Source of the DNA: Monocercomonoides exilis PA203
Lineage: Eukaryota; Protista; Preaxostyla
DNA: 64,000 bases
NCBI GenBank assembly: GCA_001643675.2
Contig: LSRY02000006.1
Coordinates: 1,116,001-1,180,000, forward strand
Direction: 5' to 3'
Below are positions 38,723-50,000 of this stretch, piece by piece; positions within the stretch are counted from its first letter, which is position 1; the number at the start of each line of letters is the position of its first letter. A program made the position numbers and the translations under genes. The notes under the pieces were generated by a model. The model had not been told where the DNA came from. It was given only the letters and a program-made list of their open reading frames with translations, and did not search any database.

Positions 38723-39430
38723 CTGTGGCTGGGAAATATTGAGTTAAATCTCCGTGCTGGAAGCGTAAACCAGAAACCGGATCTATTTATTTCATCTGAA
38801 AACAGCTGCCAACCTGTTATTTCTGCCAACATGAGTATTTTACCCCTTATTTGTCATGATTATGAGGTTTTTTTTATTTTCGATTATATTATCATTTTGC
38901 CACATTGCCACATGTTATCGTTGGTGGAACACGTTCGCTGTCATCATATTAGGAAGTAATTTTTAACTTTTGATGGAACAAGAAACTTGTTCTAACTTGT
39001 TCCGGTATGATTTTCAGGGAAATATCGTTTGTTAATCCTAAAATTGATGAAAAATTTGTGAAAAACGAGTGAAAAACAGGTAAAAACAATTAATTGTCGG
39101 AACACGCCGGACGGAACAAGTGACCGTTGGTGTCACCGTTACCCAAACCGATTTTTGTTCTGCCTGCTTTTTGTTTATTATAAAAAACAACGGTTCGGTT
39201 TCTTGAATAAATGGTGTTATGGTTGATTGCCTCATTGTCGATTTTGCTCAGAGGCGTTAATTGTTTTGCCTGGACCAGGTTGACTGAGCAGTTAATTTGG
39301 TGCTGTGGCTGGGAAATATTGAGTTAAATCTCCGAGCTTTTCACCTGGACTGGGTGGACCAGGTGGACCGGGTCAATTATATTCTAGAAATAATGTGGGC
39401 AAACGGGCAAAGTGAACAAAGTGGGCAAAA
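38723..39430 (+). repeat. Cluster of direct repeats / iteron-like motifs at the inner end of the arm (mirrored at ~41872-42579)
   Basis: 32-bp direct repeat CTGTGGCTGGGAAATATTGAGTTAAATCTCCG at 38723 and 39303; 10-bp-period (G)TGGAC repeats at 39345-39372; GGGCAAA-type repeats at 39397-39430. Confidence 0.8.
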
Positions 39431-39570
39431 TACATTTAATGTGAAAATTAACTGTTATCGTTCATTTTCGACATTAATCTCAACGTCATCTTTCCCGTAA
39501 ATTTACGTTTCTAAAATAAATCTGTTTCAAAAAAAAATTGATTCTTTTAATTTAAATCAAATTGGCAACC

Positions 39571-41820
39571 ATGAGCACAAGCATAACAGATATAATTGGT
39601 AACAACAGCAAAACGGTTCAACTCCTATTAAGCACGGAAGAAAAAACATTGAATGAAAGAATTGATTCTGACGTTGTTGATTTATGCAATTATCAAAAGC
39701 ATGATCGAGGCAGTGGTTCTGTTGTTACTGGAAGAGCATTATTGGAAAACAATGTGTTAAATTTAACTGTTATAAACATTGACATTAACAAATCGTTAGA
39801 CGACGAGTCCACACAATCTGATGGATCAAAGATATTAAACAAACTGGACGAAGACGATGTCGTTGTTCTAACGGCTTCAGGGGGATAACACATTTATGCC
39901 AATACCGATGACTTTTTCTCCAACTTCAACAGAATGATTAAATGTTGCACTTGCGATGAATTTGATGTTGATATCATGACATCGTTGGATGAGTGCAAAC
40001 GATCATTAATTGCATTACCAAACAGTAAAGTGCGTAAGGATCATCGATCAAAGACAAACGTTTATCAGCTTGTTAGAGGTTCGTTTGACTCAGCAATTAC
40101 ACGAAATGTTAATGATATATTAAACGATCTCTCATTGAAACTGTATATAAAAACATCTGATGAAATAGATAATATTGTTAAATTAGATAAGGACAACGAC
40201 AACATCAGTGACGAATTAGCTAATGTTTGAGTCAACGGGTTGGAATGTTTTGTCATACATAACGATACGAGGAATATGACAATCAACAGAGAAGTCACGT
40301 TTTTCACACTGTTTCAAGTGATAAATTCATTGCCGAATGAGCATATCGAATTATCTTACGACAGAGTACAAAACAGTGACAATTTGACAGCTAACGCACG
40401 TGATAACTATTATACTGCCAAAAAAACGATACAGATGTTTGAGATCATCGCCATTTGTGTTAGTTAAGATGTTAAATAAATGGAATAATGACTATTACAC
40501 AAACGAGATATTACCGTTACTGAGATACGACATCAATATTGTTTAACCAATAGATATGTCTGATTCGTTTTCCATGACAGATATTCGACGAAAAGCTGAG
40601 ACAAAACAATACAAAAACGCTGATGATGTTATAAGTAAATTGTCAAGAGTTATTAAATTTATTGAAACAGGAGCAATGCATATATATAAAAAGATTTCAA
40701 AAGATTCGATAAACGATGGGTGATAATATTTGTTACAGACACAAATATGGCACGTAATTTAAAGATGATTAAACGATGGAAAACTGAACATAAAACAACA
40801 ACAGCATATGACATTCTACTGTCTTGTTTGTTGAAACTAACATTGCAAGGAGTTATGTTAAACGCAAAAGACACAGCTAATGTATTCTCAATATTCCAAG
40901 GTTTCAAGAACAATTTACGAGAACATGTCAATATGGCAACAATCTCAATGTTTCTGAACTTTGTTCGTGAGGTTATTGCTGATTAAAACGACGATGCGTA
41001 TGAATATGTTATTAACTGGATTGCAAACATTGTTCAACACCCTGGAATTATAAATGAAACGGCATTTATATTGAAAGGAATTCAAGGCATTTGGAAAAAC
41101 AGATTCACACGTGTAATATCTGAACTATTCGCTGGTTATTCCAGTCGAAACGTTACAGAAATAGGAGAATTGACTGGAAACTTCAACTCTGTTGTTGAAA
41201 GAAAAATGTTGATTGTACCGAATGAACTGAAAAATTGTGGAGACGACAGATTAGCAAATTGCAATGCGTTGAAGTCTGTAATAACAGAAAACATTATAAG
41301 AATAAATGAGAAGAATCAACCTCGTAGAACCGCAGAGAACGTGGCAAATTTCATATTTGTGACAATCCACGCATTTCCTGTATAGATTGAAACAGGCGAT
41401 CTCAGATATGTTGTTCTCGCATGTAACGGTAAATACAAGAACAATTTCGTTTATTTCAAACAACTATATTCTTCATTCACTACAGAGTTTTATGATAATT
41501 TGCTCACATATTTGATGAACAAAGATCTTTCATCATTTAACGTTAGATCAATTCCAATGACAGAGGCTGAAATAGATATAATAGAAGCGACTAAAAGTCC
41601 GTTGGAAATGTGGATTTGTAATGATTAAGACGAGCTATGTGTTGGAATGAATTGTACAGAAGCTCTTCTCTGCAAACCTGTTGAAAAAAAAAGATAAGAA
41701 CTTCCAACTGCAACTGAAAGATAAATGTGAACGTAAACGACAAACAATAAATGGTATACGTTAATGGCATTATATATTGAAAGATGAATACAAACTGTTG
41801 TACAAACAAACTGTTTCTGA
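39571..41820 (+). pseudogene. Decayed bifunctional primase-polymerase (Prim-Pol/AEP) + superfamily-3 helicase of phage/plasmid/NCLDV D5/NrS-1 type
   Basis: N-terminus LTVINIDIN...VVVLTASGG*HIYAN resembles the DxD and TxSGGxH motifs. C-terminus has NWIANIVQHPG, LKGIQGIWKN (Walker A, G>W), LTGNFNS, LIVPNE (Walker B), LKSVIT..IRINEKN, NFIFVT and GDLRYVV. Multiple in-frame stops and frameshifts; no introns evident. Confidence 0.82.
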
Positions 41821-42586
41821 GAAAGGGGATAATTAATAGAAACAGAAATGTTACTGTGACATTTTTGCACGTTTTACACACTTTGCTCACTTTGCCCGTT
41901 TGCCCACATTATTTCTAGAATATAATTGACCCGGTCCACCTGGTCCACCCAGTCCAGGTGAAAAGCTCGGAGATTTAACTCAATATTTCCCAGCCACAGC
42001 ACCAAATTAACTGCTCAGTCAACCTGGTCCAGGCAAAACAATTAACGCCTCTGAGCAAAATCGACAATGAGGCAATCAACCATAACACCATTTATTCAAG
42101 AAACCGAACCGTTGTTTTTTATAATAAACAAAAAGCAGGCAGAACAAAAATCGGTTTGGGTAACGGTGACACCAACGGTCACTTGTTCCGTCCGGCGTGT
42201 TCCGACAATTAATTGTTTTTACCTGTTTTTCACTCGTTTTTCACAAATTTTTCATCAATTTTAGGATTAACAAACGATATTTCCCTGAAAATCATACCGG
42301 AACAAGTTAGAACAAGTTTCTTGTTCCATCAAAAGTTAAAAATTACTTCCTAATATGATGACAGCGAACGTGTTCCACCAACGATAACATGTGGCAATGT
42401 GGCAAAATGATAATATAATCGAAAATAAAAAAAACCTCATAATCATGACAAATAAGGGGTAAAATACTCATGTTGGCAGAAATAACAGGTTGGCAGCTGT
42501 TTTCAGATGAAATAAATAGATCCGGTTTCTGGTTTACGCTTCCAGCACGGAGATTTAACTCAATATTTCCCAGCCACAGAACACAC

Positions 42587-42841
42587 TTATTTCCTGACCA
42601 GCTTAACCTGTCCACCCTGTGCAGGCAAACACCCATTAACTTTTTCCATCAACTCATCTAACAACTCATCACTTTCGATAAGCTTTCTCCTCAATATCTT
42701 AATCAACTTCTTCTGTTTTTCAGATACATGTTCGTTGTAATACTTAGTTTCTTCCTTTCGTTTTTCCTGAAACAGTTTTATTTGTTTTTGTTGAGCCGCT
42801 TTCGCTTCTTCCACAGTTGCGTATATCTTCTTCCGACCCAT
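42587..42841 (-). CDS. Mirror copy of the 84-aa basic protein
   Basis: Identical translation to 38461-38715. Confidence 0.6.
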   Translation of the reverse strand: MGRKKIYATVEEAKAAQQKQIKLFQEKRKEETKYYNEHVSEKQKKLIKILRRKLIESDELLDELMEKVNGCLPAQGGQVKLVRK

Positions 42842-43454
42842 TTACTATAAAACAAAAAACAAAATCAGTTATTTTTATTTGCGATTTCACAAACGATCAC
42901 ATCAACAGGTTCAACTCATGTTCAACTCATGTTATTCATCGACGATAACACCAATTTTCACACAATTTCACCATTGATTCACCAACTTGAACACTTCCAG
43001 TTAATCTTTTAGCTAATTCTTCCTCTTGGAGATATAGTATATCAGCTATAGATATATCTCGATTACACCTATCAATGACTCCATCTTTATAGAACATCAC
43101 TGAAAATCTAATCATGATAAACCCCTAAGAGTATCAGCAATAATCATCAATCTCTATCTTATTATCATTGCCTATTCCAACTTATTACACAAGATGATAA
43201 CAACCACCAGATTCACATAAATCGATAATATTTATCTACCTAATCGAGATGAATCTATAGCTGATATACCATATCTCTGATAAGAATCATGTAGATTCAA
43301 ATTAACTTGTGATATTATTAGTGTTGTGTTATTAAATTCAAAGATAAACTTTCAATTCGCAGGAATTAAAGTTTTTAACGAAAAAGATATAAATAAAGAT
43401 TTAATTATGGTTTTGATCATAATTATTTTTTGTCAAAGAAATTTTTGAAGATAT

Positions 43455-43710
43455 GGGTGATTATTTTTGAAATCAAATTTTTTCATACATAATTTTCGGT
43501 TCAAAAACTTATCTTGAATATTTTTATATGAACGTTGAAAAGTGAAAAGGCATATTGGATGCATTTTAATCTTTCATTAGGTGAAAACATTTGTTTTTAA
43601 AAACAATTATCGTGCTTCTTCTCTTTTGGATTAAAATTTTCTTTCGAAAAACTTTCAATTTTTGAAAATTAACACCCCGAAAAAAGATATGATTTCAAAA
43701 ATAATCACCC
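43455..43710. mobile_element. Mirror copy of the 256-bp GG-terminal MITE
   Basis: Reverse complement of 37592-37847. Confidence 0.85.
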
Positions 43711-43893
43711 ATATATCAAAAAACTGCTCCACCCAAAAGTGTTGAATTTTTATGTTATTTATTTCTATTTTGTTGAAATGAAAAAATTGCTAAACTGAAG
43801 GAGGTATTTTTTTTTACACTTATGCCAAAAAATGATATCATGTTTGAGTTATAGAAAGAAATTGACACAAAAAACGATGATATATATCAAGTA

Positions 43894-45739
43894 ATGCAAA
43901 AAGTTGTAACGAAAAACAGTTATCGGGATTTTCAATTTGATCATGACCCATTTAACATGAGCAACAAAACATATCTCTCTCCTCTTCAACTTCATCGCGA
44001 ACTTGCATCCAGCAAATATCGTTCCATTCCTTCAACAACGAAAAAAATATTTGCAATTCGAAATGATTATTCACTGAAATGGCAAACTGCCGTGAATGAA
44101 AAACTTAAATCCAAAGGAGCTTGGCTCAGGGGAATCAAAGCGCAAAAGGAAGGAAGGGATATTGGAGTTGATGGGCATCCTTTAACAATTAATTCGCCAC
44201 AGCTCGAAATAATAGAAAATCAAGTTCTTGTGAAGTTGTCAGAACAGGAAACTGTTCGAGTGCATGACGTTCAAAACATGGTTTTATTTGTTTTTGACTT
44301 TTCATTTTTTTAAATACACATTTTTATGAGTGCGTGGATATTTTCGAAAAGGATTCAACAGATGAAAACGAGCCAAGAAAAATAAACGAAAAATGTGCAT
44401 ACAAGTTGTTAAAAAGGAGTGAGTTTATTCATGCTGCAATTTCAAGCCAACAGACATGTCAAAAATTGCTGCTCAATCACCAGAGAATGTCAGACAATGG
44501 TTTGAAGAATTGTCAAATGTGATTAACGAAAATCACATTGATTCTTCAAAAATATTTAATTTTGATGAAACCTCATTGAATTTGAATAAAAGTCCAAGTA
44601 AACTGATTGCTTGCCTGAAAAATCAAATTCCTCCATCTTCTCCAGCTCCTCCGAAAGTGCCAAATTCAACGTTGTGCTTATGTGTATGTGCAGATGGATC
44701 CTCTCCAAGAAAATTTCTTCTTTGGCCAACAAAATGTTTACCCAAAGAATTTTCTTCACTTTCATCTTTCGATATTGAAGTTCTTCCTTCCTCATCGGGA
44801 TGGATGACTAAAGAGATTTTTAGAAGTGTCATGATCAATAGCAGGATTTCATGGATCGTGTCCAAAGTTAAACCATCCACTACACATAAAGCCCTGTTTT
44901 TGATGGATAATCATATTACTCATACGGATGATTCTGTTTCAAGATCTGCTGAGGAACACAACATAATTATTAAATTCTTTCCTCACAACATGACTCATCT
45001 TTAACAACCATGTGATTCATGCATCTTATCTCGTTTGAAAACTACACTTTATAACAAATTTCAAATTCCTTCTCCGTTTTCAATTCATTCAAACAAAGCA
45101 TCACTTGCTGACACTCTCCCTGAAGCAATTGCTGCAGCAACAATGCCTTCCACAATCAAATCAGCTTTCATTAAAAGCGGAGTTTGGTCTGTTGCTGCAG
45201 CCCCAGTTTTGGATCGCATATCTGGATCCCCAATACAAAATCATAAAGGCAATTCTGAAACTTCTGTTTCATCGCGAGATTGAAGAGAAGAGTTGTTTTG
45301 GAATTATTCTCCTCAAAGCGACAAACAATTACCTTCTTCACAACCTTCAAAATATTCATCTCTAAAAGATTCTGAAATATCAAAAGAACCTACAAAGTTG
45401 ATCGTTAATCACAGAAAATATTCAACCGACGAAAATACAACCGACGAAAAGCCAACAGAAGGAGCAAATGAGATGGATGAATCAGAGCTAATGAAACAAA
45501 TTGAATCAACAAAAGAGCATTTCCATTTTCTTCAAAAGCAGCTTGCGAAAATTGGAAAACCAACTTCATCTTCTGAAAAGAAACGTGAGAATAAACATAG
45601 TCGACAAGAACTTAATGAAATGTTGAATAAAGAACCAGCAAAGGAAAAAAAGTTTTCGAGAAAAAAAGCAAAGAGAATGATTGAAATGGTCAAAGTCAAT
45701 GAAAAAGAAGTGAAATCAACTTCTTGTGACGAAATATAA
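43894..45739 (+). pseudogene. Decayed pogo/Fot1-like DDE transposase (right copy)
   Basis: Mirror copy with the same lesions (TAA 45002-45004, TGA 45281-45283, frameshift ~44430-44445). Confidence 0.85.
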
Positions 45740-47004
45740 TATTTTGTTCACCCTCCCAGAGAAATTTCTCCTTCATTTGATTCGAAAGAAAGACGCATAA
45801 GAGAAGAGTACTTCAATAAATACAATGGAAAAATGTGATCTTTGAAAGCAAAACACTCTTTGCGAGCATTATCGAAACTTGATTATCGTTTTTATTGTTT
45901 CATATCTACTATTTCTATAATATTCAATAAAATGCAAAAAGATAAATTCTTTGTTTCATTTTTTTCAAAAGCTATCATGAAACTGTCCACGCGTCATAAA
46001 ATGGTCCTGTGATTTCGAATAGTTGAAATTATTCATTATCACTTATGGAATTGAAAGAATTACAAAGAGTTAGTCATTTTAAATACTTTTGTAATGGGCC
46101 GGGTTTCGCACCATGGATCGTGTTTGGCACTGACTGTACATATATATTTTCTAATTTTTCATTCAATTTTATTTTATTTTATTTTTTATTGTAATTTTAA
46201 TTTTAATTATAATTTTTTTTTATGAGAAAATAAATGATTCTGAAATTTTTTGAAAGAACTCAAAGAAATACACCAACATGTTGAATAAATCAATTTTAGT
46301 TATCGTTTGTAACACTTCAAAAATTTCGCATTGCAGTTCAAAAGTAATTAACTTCTTCACATTGCAGCAGTTGCAAAAATAGGCCCTTCATCTGGCATGC
46401 GCCTCAGATATTCAGTTAATTTGTTCGATCACAACGAAATTTCAGTTTTGGCAATGAATCTTGATTGGAAAATAATCTGACTTGAACACAACTTTCGCAA
46501 CTTGTTCGATGCAAATAATTTCATTTTTGAACAATTCTTGTTTAGCATCGGCTTATGGCTGTGTTCTAAATTTTGCTTTGAATATGGATTGAAGAAATGC
46601 CCAAAACATTTGATGTTGTATTTCATATTTGCAAAAAATAGAGTGAAATGTGATTAAACACGTTAATCGGAATTTGAGTGTCAAATAAAGAGCTGAAAAT
46701 TAAGAAAAGAGGATAATATACATATACATATTGTTGTTTCTGCTGCTGCTGCATATAAACACCACATATATATTTAGAAACTTCTAAATATGCAAGTTTG
46801 TGCCACAGAATGATAATCGCTTCAGGTCAAGCATCGCTTGTTATAAGAACAAAAAATTCTATGATATTCACTTGAACACAAAGAGCTTTTAAAATACATA
46901 TCAACCTCACATTGTTTTCAAGAAAGACACGCAAATATCTGATCAACACGCAAACAAAGCCACGACAGCTTCTTTATTCATAACTTCTATTTAATTGAAT
47001 CGTT

Positions 47005-50000
47005 TCACACGAATGACTCGGATGCTTTTGATTTCGCCTTCGTGTCGGCGGCCCTTTTGATGTTGTCTTCATCTGAATGATAAATAAAGACAATCTCGCT
47101 CGAAACGCAAACTGCATCTGACCTCGTCATTTGAAGAAACCTTTTTGGTTGGTGCGATATGAACTCCCGCTTGACATCATTCAAGCCTGGCCGCTTTTCA
47201 CGTTCTCCCAGCAGACAACATTCCACAACTTTTTCCATTGACGTTCCTTCAATCTTCGCCATGCTTGGCCTTTCTCCTTTCACAATCTTATCCCCAGCAA
47301 TCACTGCCTCATACTCTCCAAACGGGATCTCCAGCGTCAGGCACTCCCACAGCATCATCCCAATCGAGAACACCACTGTCTTCTTCGTCCCATGCTTCTT
47401 CGCTCCATTCAACAGCTCCGGCGCCATCCACCTCAGACACTCTTTCTTGAAATCCGAGTCATCCTCAAACGCTGATGAGGGCAGAGAGTCACTGTCATCA
47501 TCGCTTGCAGATGTCACAACAGTCGACGAGGAGATCGACGATGAGTCTGAATCATCAGATGAAAGGAAATCAGAGTGCATCACAATGCAGATCACCATGT
47601 GCTCTGAGAACAGCACAATGTGCGGACTCAGACTGCTCAGCGACTGAAGCGGAATTTCCGTTTCGTCGAAAGAATGGAGCGCAAGATTAGCCACCCAGAA
47701 CAGGATCTGGGCTGCTGTCAGCTCCCTCTCCTCCAAAGAGCCAATCGCCATCTCTTTCTTCTCGTTCCTCCCATGAAGTAACATGAACAGCGAATCCCTC
47801 AGATCCACAATCAGCTTCTCATGAGGCGAGGAGCAGGCCATTGCATCCACCAAGTTCGACATCGATGAAGTGGTTGGGCACAAGTCCTCTCTCCGAACAA
47901 AAGTGGATTCTGTGTCTGACGTATCTGTCGTTGAAGTGGATGAGATGGATGGCGATGGTGTTTGCTTCCTTTTCTCCTCTTTCTCTTTTTCATCATCGTC
48001 TGCTTTCTCCAGCATCCATTCAGGAATTTTGTCTGAATCTCTTCCAAGAATGTATTCAGTCGATTCACATTCACTCAGCAAATGCTCTGATGACTCTGAG
48101 TGTCCCAAGCTTTTCTCATACACCCTCTTCTTTATTCTCTCCTCGTTCTTCTTCTCTGCCTCCCTCTCTGCTCTCCTCCATTGCTCCTCAGGCGACATCT
48201 CCATCGTCACCATCTCAAACGCCTTCGGATCCTTCTTCACTGTGTCTTCCACAATTATCTCCAATTCTTCCGTTCTTCTCTTTTGCTTTCTCCAGCGGAT
48301 AACAAACAAAATAAAACCAATCATAGCAATAACGAATAACACAGCAAATATCACAATCACAATAAGCGCCCATGATGATTTTCCTTCTTTTCCACCTTCA
48401 ACAAGCTTTTCTTCTCCATTTGCTTTCGGATTGCTTCCGTTCTTCAAAATGAATTCCTTTGTTGGCGAAGGTGTCTCCGCATTTCCATACAGAATGCACA
48501 ACGACACTTCTGTCTCCTCTCCTGCCTCACAAATCGTCTTTGAAGGCACTTCCCTAATACTTCTGCCTCCGACACAAACCCTCCCTCTTCAAATGAGTAT
48601 CTCTCCACCAACGCCTCCGATCCAACCCTCTTCACCACCCGAAACGATAGATTGCAAGGAACAAGAAGCAGCCCAACGAACTTCAGCCTCGTCACACTTC
48701 CATCATCTTCCCCCTTCACACTTTTAAGTTCCGGAATGAAAAACGCTGATTCTCTTTCTTCTGCTATCCCGCCCAGCGTGCACCCTTCGTTTAGGAACCA
48801 CAGCGATGAGCCCTCCTTCGCTCCGTCTCCTCCTTTCACACTTGCAACGTTCAACAACCCAGAGCCTGCACAAACGATATTTCTCCGAACTGATTGATAA
48901 TTTCCGATCTTCGGATTGTTGTTTATGAATTCGCTTTTTTCAATCATCATGCTTCCTCCAAACATGCTCATTCCTCCTATAGAGTTGTTTGCAATCGTGG
49001 TATCTTTCATTGTCGCTGTGCTGCTGACAAAAGAAACAGCTGAAGATGTCCATTGGCAAATGTCCGCCTCTTTGCTGTTTTCACTTTTTTCTGAATGCTC
49101 CAGGTCACCTCGAAGCACGTTCCAATGCAATGTCACGTTGCTGCAATCGCAAAAACTCATCACGCTTCCTGTTACACACTTCGAAGAAGCATTGGAACAA
49201 GTGCAATTCGCCAAATAAATCCCTCCTTTGAACAACGAGCAAGCGATGACCCCTTTCTCCTGCTGTGTTGATAAAACATTGTCAAATGACACATCTTTTA
49301 GCTCAACGGTCTTTTCTCCTCCTATTTTCTGCTGTTCAGAAAACGGATGTGCTCCTTCAACCAAAATGAAAGTGCCTCCATTCAGAACAACATCTTCCAC
49401 TTTCATTTCAGAGAGCAACACGCAACCACTCAAACGAGCGATTCGAACTGAAGCTTCGGCAGAAAAGTGCATGTGAGATATTTTTATCTGTGAAGCAGTC
49501 ACTTGCCCATTTTCGATTGAGACGAGCGTCAGTCCAATCGTTTGAGCACTTCTTTCTTCCTGCGATTGAGCAAAACTGCACAAAAACAATGATAGGCTTC
49601 CAGACTCTGCTGTGAGCAGAACGCGGTGAGCTGAAGAAAAATCTGAATCAAAGAAAAATTCAATCTTCGAGACAGAGACACTGCCTGTGGTTACCATCAC
49701 GCTCGCTCTTGTGTGCGCAATATCACCGAATACCGCCACTTTCGAAACATCCTCCTTCCGAGACGCCACTGAAAGATCTTCCAGATTTATTTCTTTCTCA
49801 ACACAAGATTCCCCATCCACCAGAAGCCTGCTATCGACATCGTTCGTCAAATGGCTCAGCGCATAGCCCAGCGTCACGCACGGAAGCTTCAGCGTTCCGC
49901 ACTGCCTATCGTTCTTCCCGTTCTTCGATGGATCCGATGACAGGATGATTGTGTCCGCCTGGTGGATCGTGACAAAGTCCATCAGATTCGTGTCGCTTTT

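Larger units (their letters stand above)
22195..39415 (+). repeat. Left arm of giant inverted repeat (~17.2 kb)
   Basis: Every ORF is mirrored in 41887-59109; paired coordinates sum to 81302-81305. Confidence 0.97.

Noticed and set aside
38723-39334. CRISPR-like array from the 32-bp direct repeat
   Set aside because: Only two copies 580 bp apart, no cas genes, and a eukaryotic context.
37860-43442. Complete Maverick/Polinton or giant-virus insertion
   Set aside because: No protein-primed PolB, retroviral-type integrase, packaging ATPase or capsid ORF is recognisable.
39886-45004. Stop-codon reassignment (TAA at conserved Leu positions in GG*HIY and HL*QP)
   Set aside because: Host genes end in TAA, TAG or TGA. 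Other stops in these pseudogenes fall at different expected residues and co-occur with frameshifts, so this is ordinary decay.
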